Source: Phoronis australis
Lineage: Eukaryota > Animalia > Phoronida
Direction of reading: 5' to 3'
DNA: 64,000 nucleotides
Assembly: GCA_002633005.1 (NCBI GenBank)
Contig: NMRA01000694.1
Coordinates: 123,742 to 187,741 of the forward strand
A program made the translations under genes and the position numbers. Shown piece after piece: positions 25,915 to 38,120 of the stretch (position 1 is its first letter; every line of letters starts with the position of its first letter). Under the pieces are notes generated by a model that was not told the origin of the DNA, did no database searches, and worked only from the letters and a program-made list of their open reading frames with translations.

Positions 25915-26034
25915 CATTACCATTTTAATGAAACCAATAAAGCCTTTGAAGGATAGCATCATGGGCACATTTCAACATTTTGCTACACTCTTGTTTTTAC
26001 TCGTGGTCTTTGAAGTCTTAATGGTGTTTTACAG

Positions 26035-26221
26035 GCCTGCAGACCGGGAACGTATTAAAAACACTTTGCAACTGCTGGAGCAGCTGGAGAAGCAAGGTGT
26101 TATTGAAGTGGGGAATTACTTGAAGCTAATCGAACTGTTAGAAAAGCACAATCTGCTAAATATTAAGAAGGAGGTGGAGGCAATTGCTGAAAAAATAGCA
26201 AAACTTAAAGCGAATCCATAA
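26035..26221 (+). CDS. Roco-DED gene terminal exon G: C-terminal half of DED and stop
   Basis: TTTTACAG| acceptor, phase 2 matching exon F. PADRERIKNTLQLLEQLEKQGVIEVGNYLKLIELLEKHNLLNIKKEV fits DED (LE..G.I...N+..L.ELL). Stop TAA at 26219-26221. Confidence 0.85.
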
Positions 26222-26504
26222 AAAAGGTTGTAAAAATCTTAATGGTGCCTGACAGTTGACTGGTTTGTAATGGGTGGTTTGTTTGTATTTGTTAGTGTGT
26301 ACTTTGTGGATATAAACATGTGTGTTAGTGAGGGACAGGTTTGATTAAATAACTGAACAACAGTATAAAAGACTATATTGCGTAAATGTCTTGTATTCTC
26401 TGCATGTTTAACTTTGTAATTCCATTTACAGTGAGCCAAGAGATGGCACTGTGCAAGTTGGTAACTCCCATTCTGGAAACCATAAACAGTCTAACCATGC
26501 ACAG

Positions 26505-29500
26505 TTATTACTTGGCGGAATTCTTCCGCCAAGTATGTTGGTCTGACAGCAAGTTTTTACTTGGCGAAATTCTTCGAATTCCAACAAGTATGTTGCTCTG
26601 TCGTCAAGTTTTTTATTTGTTCGCACTCTACAGGTTGCAATTTTCGTCCGATTTTCACGAAATTTGCACACGACGTGTAGATCGGGAATTACTGGAACGC
26701 TATTGTTTTTGGTCATGATCAGATACAAAATGGCGGACATTTTGTATCCGATTTCACAGTCAAATGCTCGTAGAGGCCGCAGTTTTCGACGTACATGGCT
26801 GAAAATCGGTACGATTATACTAGCATGCATGTGCTACAAGTGTGCCGAACATCATTGACTTCCGGTCAAAGATGGCAGAAATATTGGAAGTGGCGCATGC
26901 ACACCCCGAAATATGGCCAAAAATGTTTTCTCCTGTAGAGGGTGCATTTGCAAACCAATCACTTTCAAACTGGTCACGTGTTTGTTGAGTTTAATAAGCT
27001 TTTATAAAATTTTGTTTAACCGGAAGTGACTCAAGATGGCGGCTGTGGCGCGCGCTCACACGTTTTCAATCGTTCTGGGGTCACGTTTTTAACGGGAAGA
27101 GCAAATGATGTGAATTTTTGCATGTGGATTCCTTGAAGTATGCTCTTTCAAGAAGTCTGCGAGAGCGTATTTCTCAGACTTAACGTTTTTGAGTTATTAC
27201 TCTGCGCGTGTAAGTGCAGAGTACTGTTGTTCCTGGGTTTTCTTCAATTTTATTCTTATTCTTCTTCCGACCAAATTTGACACTTAATAACTCCAAAATG
27301 GTTGCAGGTATGTTCTTCAAATTTAACTGATTTTAGGCAGTATATAAATTTTGATATGTTATATATTCATATTCAATAATGCACCGGAAGAGGTCATTTG
27401 GTGCAAAGGTCATGTAATTTTCAAAATGCTACTCCTTCTTTATTTCAAAAGCTATTCTTTTCAAATTCGGTACACAGGTATAAGTCAATAAGACAATTTA
27501 AAAATTTACTTTTCTAAGTAATCGGGTCATCCAATCAGGTGAAATAGGTCAAAGGTCAAGTTAGGTGCAAACTAAAATTTTGAGCTAGACACTACAAATT
27601 AACAGGTCTGATTGGCACAGGAAATTCAATTCGGAAAGTTTCAGGTCATTTAGTGCAAACATGGGGTCATTAGGTGCATTTTTCTTCTGAAAATCTGACC
27701 TTTTCAATCAGCAAGTATTCTGAAGTGTCAACGGTCTGACAACATGGGCTTTGCATTAATTCTCCTAAAGACGCTTATAATGCACCGGATAGGGTCAATT
27801 AGTGCAAAGGTCATGTAAGGTTATATCTCTTATGTTTTTCAAGGAATTCTTTTCAATTTCAGCACACTTGGGTAAGTCAACATGCCAATTGAATACCCTA
27901 CTTTACTTCACAATAGGTCTAACCAATCAGAAAAAATAGGTCAAAGGTCATTGAGTGCAAACTAAAATTTTGAGCTAGACTTCAAAATTACATATCTGTT
28001 TACTAAGTGCGATTGAGTTTGAATTCTAAATTTTCAGGTCATTTGGTGCACCCATGGGGTCATTAGGTGCATTTTTCTTCTGAAAGTTTGACCAATTTAT
28101 TCATCTTGTATTCTGAAGTGCTTAAAGTACACTCCGAAACCCTATAGTCGTCCGCCTAAGCATAAAACCGGCTTGTTGTCTTACTCACCCAATTATTCCA
28201 CTTCAAAGTTATGATCTGAATAGGACTTGATTTAACTCTCACAAATATATAGTATTCGTTGATTCAAACGTTTTCTTTTACTTAAGCCGAGTTGTTCAAA
28301 TGTGCATTGCTTTTCGGCAGCCATTTTATAATGTCACCTATGGTCGTCATGTGCTGCCGCCTTTTGAAAGGACAGAAAACCACACAGAAAAAGGCCAAGA
28401 AAATAGTGGAAAGTGGTTTACAGCAACTCTACTTCAACCACAAACTGTTTTACTGGTATGATATCGATTTTTAAATCGATTAAAATTGATTTAGAATTTC
28501 AGTTCTGGAAAATAAATCACAATTGTTTTATTCCAGGCAGACCTTACTTATTTTGTATTTGTGACCTCTTTATTTGACTTTTTGCTCTTGTTGTTCTTAA
28601 CATCACTTATCTCTGCTGTCCTTCTTTTTCTTTTCAGTTTCTCTTCATTCTCTGTTAACACCTTGTCAGCCAAAACAGAACTGTAAGCCTTTGAGACTTG
28701 GTAGGCGGAAGTTGATCATTGAACCTCGATACAATTGTTCTAATAAATTACCCATAATTGTATTGTTTGATTTTTTCTCATCTTTAACAGGCTTCTGCAT
28801 TCATAAATAAATAAATAAATACCCAAGTTGCATTTGAATTTTATTGCTCAATCTCTTCTTTTATTTTTGATTATGTCATGCTGTGTTGTATGTAACAAAT
28901 GCAATATAGTGAAATAAAGTCAATGTTTTACTTTATTGGTGGCCATTCTCTATCAATTCAAGTATTTTAATTTTCTTCAAATAAATTCAAAATGCTTTAA
29001 CCAAAATTTTCAACATAAATGTTGAGTTCAGTACTGTGTTTTGCAATAAAAAAACAAGTGAACAATATTTTGATGACCAAGGCGTGGGCCGAAACTGTTA
29101 AGCACCCAGCGTGTTCCATTTGTCTGCTGCGTTTTTCCTTTGGCCTAACAGATGTCGGTTAGTGCCTGGGACAAATAGATACATTGCATAAACAATCCCT
29201 GGGTTGCTTTTTGTTCCGTCTGAAGAAAATTTAATTTCGAAAATATCTTCTGAAAATGAACAAAAAAGTGCATTAGTAAAATCAACAAGTTTTTAAGTGG
29301 TCTCAAAAAAACAGTCGGTAAATGCATTAATTTTAGTCTCAGTTCTTCCACGCGTGTTTCTCCCGAGAGGTTAGTACCTAACGTGCAGACGAGCGTTCCA
29401 AATTGGAACGCTAAGTCCCGCGTGGCAGCGCTGCACGCGAAACAAGATGGCGGACGACCTTTGGAGACTGACGACGAGAGGTAATCGGACTATACAACAT

Positions 29501-29978
29501 CTGTGATTTTTAGCATTAACCACACTTTTAATCGAGTTAACAATTACTCCTTCATCAGGGCTCATAATGCACCGTAAGAGGTCAATTAGTGGAAAGGTCA
29601 TCAAAAAATTAATGAGTAATTTCTCCTATAATTTTAAAGAATTCCTTTTCATATTGGTGAAGGAGTTGCTGTCAGTAACTTCCCATAGTTCCAGTAATAC
29701 GCACGCGCAGAGTCTGTTATTGTCACGCCGTGACAATAATTTTTCTAGTTTGACTTTGAATTTCAAAAAAAACCGGCAAATTTTCAATTTTTTTGAAATT
29801 TTTTTGGATTTTTGCCAAACTATCACTTTAGATAGAGTTTTGAACGGGCTTCCAGAAAATATTTTCCATTTTGCGCTACGACGTCTACTTTTTGAATTAT
29901 TCGAGATTTTCGGATACCGTTGTTCCTTCGGTCACCTATCCGAAGGACCAAGCTGGCTGGCTTTCAGTTCACTTTGTT
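26505..29978 (+). mobile_element. Second HINE-like family (B) with ~400-bp internal units
   Basis: 5' palindrome TACTTGGCGGAA-TTC-TTCCGCCAAGTA. Repeated AATGCACCG..GGTCA..TGCAAAGGTCA units at ~27378, ~27779 and ~29566. 3' hairpin CCTTCGG...CCGAAGG, then CCAAG and T-rich end. Confidence 0.55.
28130..29492. mobile_element. TA-flanked non-autonomous DNA element (copy 1)
   Basis: Near-identical to 62307-63828 with different flanks. TA on both sides and imperfect TIRs CACTCCGA / TCGGACTA. Confidence 0.8.
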
Positions 29979-30289
29979 TTGATTATGCCTACTTGACCCC
30001 GACTGACCCAGCCAGCACTGTCCTACTGTAGACTGGAATTCCAGGCCAAAAACATAACCTTGCTCTGCAGACTGTCACATGGCGCCACCTATTTTGGAAT
30101 GTGGGAACAAAGCATGGCTCGTCCGTCATGTTGCGCCATCTATTGTTCTTTATTGTAGTTGATTGTATGCTCTCTATTTGATTTCTTCGCTAGTCACATG
30201 AATGTTATCGTCATGATTGTCTTCGTCCTCCCCATTGTCGTCTTTTCGATTAATTCCGCCAAGTGTCGCTCCTCCGAGTGCTCTCGGAA

Positions 30290-30912
30290 TTATTTGTCAG
30301 TCTGTATCGCCAGATGTACGTAGTATAACCTTCTACAGTTAGAATTATGTGACAGAGTGCATCTCCGCATGTACTTAGTCTATCCCTGTACAGCTAGAAA
30401 TATGTATCAGTGGGTATCCCGGATGTTTATAGTCTAACCTTGTACAGATAGAATTATGTATCAGTGTGTATCTCTGGATGTGCGTAGTGTAACCTTGTAC
30501 AGTTACAAATATGTATCAGTGGGTATCTCTGGATGTACCCAGTCTATCCTAGCTTGTACAGTTAGAAATGACTGTGTCCCGGATGTTTTTAGTCTAACCT
30601 TGTTCAGTTAGAATTATGTATCTGGATGTACGTAGTCTATCCTTGTACAGTTAGAAATATGTATCAGTGGGTATCTCTGGATGTACGTAGTCTATGCTTT
30701 TACCATTAGAGATATGTATCACTGTGTATCCCGGATGTTCATAGTCTAACCTTGTACAGTTAGAAATATGTTTCAGTGGGTATCTCTGGATGTACGTAGT
30801 CCATCCTTGTACAGTTAGAAATATGTATCACTGTGTATCCCGGATGTTCATAGTCTAACCTTGTACAGTTAAAATTACGTGTCAGTGTGAATCTCCGGAT
30901 GTATGTAGTATA
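30290..30912. repeat. ~60-bp tandem repeat (TGTACAGTTAGAAATATGTATCAGTGGGTATCTCTGGATGTACGTAGTCTATCCT), left part
   Basis: About 10 imperfect units. The array resumes at 36551. Confidence 0.9.
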
Positions 30913-33900
30913 CCCATTCCAAAAAAGGCCTTCCTGCAAACACTTGCCACAAGCTTGCCGCAAAGTTGCGGCACCCTTGCTGCAAAAGTTTCTGCAAACC
31001 AGCCGCAAACACATGGAATCATCTCTGACCAAAGAGTGGATGCAAATTTCCTGCAACGCAGCCGCAAGCGTTGCTGCAAGTTTGCTGCATGTTTGTGGCA
31101 AACATGCAGCAAACTTTTATCATGCAAATGAAGTTTGCCGCAAGCTTGCTGCAAACATCTCTATGTCCTTATATGGAACAGTTCCTGCAACCCAGCTGCA
31201 CACATTGCTGCAAGCTTGCCACAAACATCTTCATGGGGCTATATAGAAGTTTCTGCGAACCACCTCAAAAATATTGCTGCAAGACTACAACATACTTGAA
31301 TTGTGGCATGAATAATTTAATGCAGATATGTCCTTGGCAAATACATAGTTTTTATTGCATGCCCACTTGCTAGTACAAGAAAATACATATCAGCTGCATA
31401 CTGGATTTAACATGACAGTTTTCAATCGTATGTATAAATGTCATGTATTGAATTTCTACCAGATGTTTATAGTTCCGGTAGCACTTAAATGTATGACTGT
31501 TAATCACGTGTTACTATGACGTATATCCTTAGCGTGTATAAATAGTTTTCTTTCATGTGTTTTAATCACTTGGATGTCGTTTGCTTTAATGCTGAATACT
31601 TTGATAATATAACTCTTTTATCATTCGATTGGTTTTTATACGTCGTACACCGACGACGTTACAATAATGACTAGAAATGAAACCAAAATCACATGACCAT
31701 GAATAACAGAAACTATAGAAGTGTCTATTGTGGCAATTAGTAATAATACTGGTATTACAATCGAATGTGTCTTAAAAAGAGAACAGCTTGAATGTATGCA
31801 AGCCTTAATTACAATATACCAAGGTGTTTTATTCTGAACGCACGACAAAATCTATGGTAATTGTAACAGTGATATTATTTACATGACTAAACTAACGAAC
31901 AACAGCAACACAGAGCATTGAAATGCGCCCATGGCTGCACCGCCAACGGGGTGCTTATTAGCATTGAAAATGGCGCAAAATATTTCGAATGCCAGTAGAG
32001 AAAACCATTAAATCAGACTCTCCCTCCATGGAAAGGCATACTTAGAACAGCATGTCGAGCATACTTAAGTATTTTATTTTAAATTACCTCATTACTTGTC
32101 AACTGAAACAAGTCACTCTTAACAATTATAAACATATTTACTTTTTCCCATGTGCATCTAAAATACTTGAAAACTGTCTAATACTCCATTGATTACTGTT
32201 TCATGAAACATCAGTCTACTGAATGGGCTATTATTGATCTTGTATGTTAATATTTGCAATATTTAGAATATAGGGATATCATACAGCAGCAACATTCATT
32301 TATCTAAGGCATCAAACATAAATTATACCTTATATTACCATGGTTTTGAAAAGAACAACTACAGAGGTTGTCCAGTTATAGTCATACTTAGTAGACGTTC
32401 TAAACACATTCTACTCCAGACTAATCTGCATTGTAGCAATCACTGGTGTTCCATAGGGATCATGGGATGATTGCTCCAGTTTTCTTCCTTGTTTGTTCTA
32501 ACCAACCTTGAGATGCTGTGTATACCATTTGTTCTGGTGCTTTCAACTCAAACTTGTTGCTTCATAACCTCTGCAGTTTGTCAGGCTTTCATCAAGTACA
32601 TTATGTCACTCAATATTCATAAACCTAAAATATGAATGCTATTTCACTTTCCACAAAAAGGCATTTGTGAAAGCAATATTAGAACCTCAATTACATTTTT
32701 AACCAAAACTTGCTCTTGCTTAATGTATGAACAGACAGTTGAACTTGTGTTCAAAGTAACCAGAGAGTATGCAGAGACTGAAGGTTATGGCAGTTAAAAC
32801 ATCTACTGGTAGTTAATATACAACATGCAATTCTTATTTTGTACCCAATAGTTACTATGCATTAAACCAAAATAAAAATATGGTGTTCTCTACTGTGAAT
32901 CAAACAGTCAACGAGTGATATGAGAATTGACGCAACAGTCTCAGTTAAATGATTTACTAGAAGATCTGGTTACATGTAACTTGAGAACGTTTTGGAAACT
33001 AGTTGGATCTGGTCTCAACCCAACTCGTCTTGAAATCTGTGCTGTACTTTTCCCTGATCATTATAACCTCCAATTTGACTGAATCAGTTAGAAAAGCAAT
33101 TTCCTTTTGTTTGAAAGACCAAAACTACTGACGCATGAATGAAATCTAAGTAATGTTGCGTAACAATCACATTAACATCAATACAATTTTAAAATCAAGA
33201 CATCGATACAGTTCTTCAGTTATCCATGTAGAGTCTATGCTGTACAAAAATCGATTTGAATATGGTCCAAGTGAACCCTTAGGTCACTTTCCAGGCATGT
33301 AACCGTGACAGCCACAGTCTTTCCTTGATGACCATCCCACCAGTTCAACATGTATCTCGGCTAGGATTATGTTCATATTACTCTCAGATCTGGGCTAGCA
33401 TAATTAAAATAAACAACCAACAGCCCTAGAGGCATTAACATTAGTGTATTCCAAGAGGCATTCCTTGATAACAGTCCTAGCAGTTCAACCTGTAGCTGGG
33501 CTAGCAAATAAACAACCATCAGCCCTAGAGGCGGCATCAACATTAAAGGAGCATGCCACCCAAAAACAACCTAATTTGTATCAATTTAGATCGAGTAGTT
33601 CTACTCGACAATGGCACGTACGGTTGTGTTACCTGACGGCAGACGGAGGTGTTGAAATTATCCAATGACGATTGGTTTCACACGCAGTCTGTTCAGCAGT
33701 TCATAACACGGGTTACTGGTGTCAGCTTATCGCTTGAATTCATCGTTTAACACCAATAAATCATCAAACTTCGATGTAAACCCCTAAAAATACACAGAGT
33801 TCTTATAAAAACGTGTTGTTTTATTTCGCTGTTACGGATTTATTCAGTTGGTCGGACACACGGTAGCTTACAGAATTCGGAAGGCAAGGTCCGTAGCAGG

Positions 33901-34699
33901 AGTTAGGGGTCTGTTCGGAGATAAATACGAAGTATTTCTCAGTGAGATACATACAGGAGAACCTAGATTTGTCACGGTATTGTTCAGGCTTGTGATTTTT
34001 TTAGTTCTAAACACACAAAACGTTTGTTATCCTGGCCAGAGTGGCTCGGAGCCCGATCAGGCCCGTTGCGGCCGCGGGATCTGACTCTCTCAAGCATCCC
34101 CGGCCAGTGGCTCGGAAACAGATCAGGCCCGTCAAGGCCGGCGGGACTGAAGACATCACGAACATAAACCCGCCAAAGTTGGAAACTAAGCTTCCAATCA
34201 AGAAAATACTATACTAGTGTGCCAAAGAAGTAATGTGCATGTGATTATGTTGGTGAATAACCCACGAAATTGCAAATCTACTTACTCAGTCGTCGGGGGC
34301 CGCGAATTCAGGTTCCGCTTTGGCAACAGAACCGTCAGGGTAGAAGTTGTACATTGAAAATCATTATTTGAATAATGTAAGTGTAAATAAAGATTCCCCT
34401 AACACCTGGCCGTAGGATGATAGCAATCGACTTAGGTGTTTCAGAACAGTTTTTGTCTGCAAACACTGAATTAGCATGAGCTCACACGGCCTCGGTTTGT
34501 CCCGTCAATTAGTTTATTGCCCTTAAATCCGATAACGCAGTGATTTATTCATTGCTGGCTTCTCAAATCATTTGCACTCACGAGCACTCCAAAGGCATTA
34601 CAAATTGCACTTAATGAGACAGACTTTGTTTCAGTTTTATATTGGTTAGGGCGAGAATGATTCATTTTGAAACACAACGCTCAGTAATAAAACGGCAAC

Positions 34700-34865
34700 A
34701 TGCTAAGTGGCAACTCGCAATCCCGACTTAGACGAGAGCTCATCCCGACGAAGACTTCGCAGGTGGATCGTTAAGTTTCACAGGCTATCAGTTCGAACCG
34801 GAATACGGTGATCAAAGAAATACTAGAGAGGCGCCATGAACAAGCTCAGACAACGGAACGTATGA
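34700..34865 (+). pseudogene. KolX N-terminal remnant
   Basis: Frameshifted DLDESSS/DEDF...GYQFEPEY.DQ/EILERR, the same GY.FEPEY motif as copy 1. Confidence 0.7.
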
Positions 34866-34879
34866 TAGCTTTTGGTAAG

Positions 34880-35092
34880 CCGGCATTCGTCAGGCACTGT
34901 GGACGACTGCAGGCCACGGACACGGAGTTGTTTCACGACCTCATACTTGCTATTTACAGCGTACTTTTCATTCTTCACTACTGCGAGCCACTTACTAAGC
35001 ATTTCGAATTCTCGAGGAAGTCGAAAAAACGATATACAAACTTTCCTCACAGCTGCATAGTTTGGACAAGCGGGAACGATGCACCGCAACAT
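34880..35092 (-). pseudogene. THAP domain remnant of Kolobok transposase
   Basis: MLRCIVPACPNY...ISFFRLPRE..MLSKWLAVVKN. Confidence 0.75.
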
Positions 35093-36550
35093 AGCGGCAT
35101 TCACTCTGCAAATGAACCACTGACGTCCCTTCGTCGTTTTTCACCTTCCTCACAGGTTAACGCGACACCTCTCGGCAAGGTAAGGTCGACCGTATGCGAG
35201 GCGATGTGGATATAGACCGATTAAGAAGGCAAAAAAGACTAATTAAATCGGTTGGCATTCTCCTTTATTGTATTCCAAGAGGCATTCCTTAATAACAGTC
35301 CTAGCAGTTCAACATGTCACTGGGCTAGCATAATTAAAATATACAATCGATAATCCTAGAGGCATAAAACATTAATGAAAGGGCCCCCTAGTGAAATGTA
35401 ATTTTCTTATTTTTTCGTAAATAATGTGCAGTACCACAAGAATCCCGAGCCATATCCAAGTCCGTACCATAGCTGTTGACAGACAATATTTTGAAAAATT
35501 GTGAGTCTTCATCAATGCTAAATGCCCTTCAAAATCAAAATGAGTAATTTTTGGCAATTATTTTTGTCTGAAATAGACAACATGTTACTGTAGCTACAGT
35601 GGCTGCTACCTCCTGATTACAGGATAATTTCAAGTGTTGGAAAAGTACAAATTGTTTTAAATACTAATACTTGCACTTTTGGTAAAATTGGATCATTTAT
35701 ATTTGTGTATGGTTTGTATTGATATTTATTATGTTTGTTAAAACGACATGTAGGTAACACTGCCTTTGTTGTTTTTAAGCCATTGCATTTAATATTCTGC
35801 TGTACCGACTTTGGCAGCGGTATGAATATTTGTTTATTATGGCGACTGAATAAAAAACAAAATACATGCAGATGCAGTTATATTCTCCAGTGTTTTGGGT
35901 CACATTTAGCTCTCTTTTGAGCATTTGCTGTTTTAACAATGTAACTTACCAAACAGAAGGTCACATTCATGTGAGTTATCTAACATAGGTAACTGCCCTG
36001 CTTAGGGTCTGAGATTTGAGATTTCTTCGAAATTTAGAAAACTATAAAAACAATCTCACAATTTCTAACGTTTCCACAGTCTTAATGCTAACACTTTAAA
36101 CATTGAAGTTTTCTGCAAATTTCGTGCAAGTACTTTTTCACCCATTTAATGTTTCATGCAATTTTGCCACAAAAACTCTTTAATCTATATGTTTCCTGAG
36201 AACACTTTTTCACCAATAAAGTTTCCTGCAACTTTCCCGCAAACACTTTTTCATCAATAAAGTTTCCCGAAAACACTTTTTTATCTATAAAGTTTCCTGC
36301 AAATTTCCCGCAAACACTGTTTCACCGATAAAGTTTCCTGTAACTTTCCTGCAAACACATTTTGAATCACCAAGTTTGCCGCAACTTTCCTGCAAACTTT
36401 AGTGTTTGAAGCAAGGTTGCGGCAATGTGTGCGGCTGAGTTGCGGGTAGCGGCAAACTCCTGCAAACATTGCGGCTGGTTTGGTGCAAACAAAATTGTTT
36501 GCCGCAAGGTTGCTGCATGTTTGCTGCAAACAGGGTCTTTTTGGTATGGG

Positions 36551-36720
36551 TATCCCTGTACAGTTAGAATTATGTGTCAGTGTGTATGTCCGTATGTACG
36601 TAGTCTATCCTTGTACTGTTAGAATCTATCAATGTGTATCTCAGGGTGCACATAGCCTAACCTTGTACAGTTAGACATATGTATCAGTGTGTATCGCTGG
36701 ATATTATAGTTTAAGTAGTC
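36551..36720. repeat. ~60-bp tandem repeat, right part
   Basis: Same unit as 30290-30912, in register across the TA insertion site. Confidence 0.9.
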
Positions 36721-37974
36721 TAATGTTGATAATCCATGTACAGTGATTCAAACAACTTGCGCTATTACTTAAAGTAAGACTGCCTGCTCTTCCCAAGTGA
36801 GACTCGAGTTTGAGATGGTCTACTGCACGCACCAAGCTGTCAAGCAAAACTGTCTGTGAGATCCAACCAGACATTCAGTTGGTGGAAAATTGTATTAGAT
36901 GAAATATAATGAATGCATCCAATTGTTTTCAATAAGAAATCATGACTTACGTGATTAAACAGGAAGTTTTCCCCTACTTTTCAGATGTGATGTGTCTTTG
37001 AAGGCCTGCACACTACATAAATGTGATGAGGTGTGCCCACGGAAATTTGCAACCTGTGTCGTATCAAATCACTTTAATTGCTTTCTGGTTTCTGGAGGAG
37101 GGAGGGGAAATTCTAAAGCGACCCCTTGAAACATTGATCATGTGATGGACAAACACGATTACGCAAGACTTAGGGAAAAGTTGATCAGCTGTTAGGTAAT
37201 TAAGATTTTGTCACACGTTCTAATATTCTGAAATAGGCTTGGTGCACCTAGACTAGATGATGTAATTACTTTATTAGGGCTCAGATACATGTTACACTCA
37301 TTGCCCTCAGACTTTGATTCCTGCCCGTGGAACACAATGTTTGACAATGTATGCAGCATTCTTCGACCCACAACATATGGAGGTGGCTGTATTGAAATAG
37401 TTTAGCACCTTTTCAGTTTCTGAGCTTGTGATTAATTAGAAGCCGCATGCAATACCAATACTGATCAACAAAGAATATGAGTTGTTACAATATGTGAAAC
37501 TAAATGCAGGGACTTTTCTTTTTCAATTTCATTTGCTTGATGATACATCTAGATATACTGAAAAAATGAAGTTTCCACCTTGCAATATTGTCACAGGATG
37601 AGATTGGCATTAGATCTACAAGCTTATGCATTGTATTTAGGTGTTTTAATACTTAAAAGTGTGCAAATAATTATGAAGCTTCTAAAGTTTGAAATATGTC
37701 ACAGAATGCAGACTGGCATTTGATCTACAACCTAGCTTTATGTATTGTATATAGGTGTGAAGTGCGAAAATAAAAGTATGAAACTTATGAAACTTTTAAA
37801 TATTTTAGTGTCTCATAATGAGACTGTCGTTTGGTCTACAGCCAAGCTCTATATGTATAGTTTGTTTTGTGAAGCGTGAAAATAAGTTTGAAACTGTTGA
37901 TTTTTTAAATATTTTAGTGTGGATGATGCTTTAGATACTCCAGTGTGCATGAAATATCCTGAAATAGTGTGAAG

Positions 37975-38120
37975 CTTGTAAAGCTCGAAATGCCCTAGTG
38001 TGAATGAGGCTTGAAATGCCCTAGTGTGAATGAGGCTTGAAACGCCTTAGTGTGAATGAGGCTTGAAACGCCCTTGTGTGAATGAGGCTTGAAACGCCCC
38101 GGTGAATATGTGGCTTGAAA
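37975..38120. repeat. 26-bp minisatellite (GCTTGAAATGCCCTAGTGTGAATGAG)n
   Basis: About 5 copies seen directly. Confidence 0.9.

Larger units (their letters stand above)
33547..35264 (-). mobile_element. Kolobok DNA transposon, internally deleted (copy 2, different family), nested in the EnSpm-like element
   Basis: TTAA|AGGAGCATGCCACCC ... GGTTGGCATTCTCCT|TTAT (13/15 TIR match). It splits a ~100-bp tandem unit (33390-33546 resumes at 35269) and carries convergent THAP and KolX remnants. Confidence 0.8.
30913..36550. mobile_element. EnSpm/CMC-like non-autonomous element inserted into the 60-bp array
   Basis: TA TSD, CCC...GGG termini, TIR CCCATTCCAAAAAAGGCC vs GGGTCTTTTTGGTATGGG, dense subterminal TGCAAA/TTGCA repeats at both ends. 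Confidence 0.75.

Noticed and set aside
29505-29566. Hammerhead ribozyme on the minus strand (GAGCCCTGATGAAGGAGT...ACTCGA)
   Set aside because: The required GAAA core reads GATT and no stem I/III closure is evident; at most a dead remnant.
30290-30912. Regular repeats resembling a CRISPR array
   Set aside because: Units are contiguous with no unique spacers, the context is eukaryotic and there are no cas genes; it is a satellite.
30760-31373. Cys-rich ORFs (also 36281-36674)
   Set aside because: They are translations of TGCAAA subterminal repeats.
36986-37195. Exon-like segment with TTTTCAG acceptor and AG|GTAAT donor
   Set aside because: Stops in the frames examined, no recognisable domain and no partner exons; could be non-coding but is unsupported.
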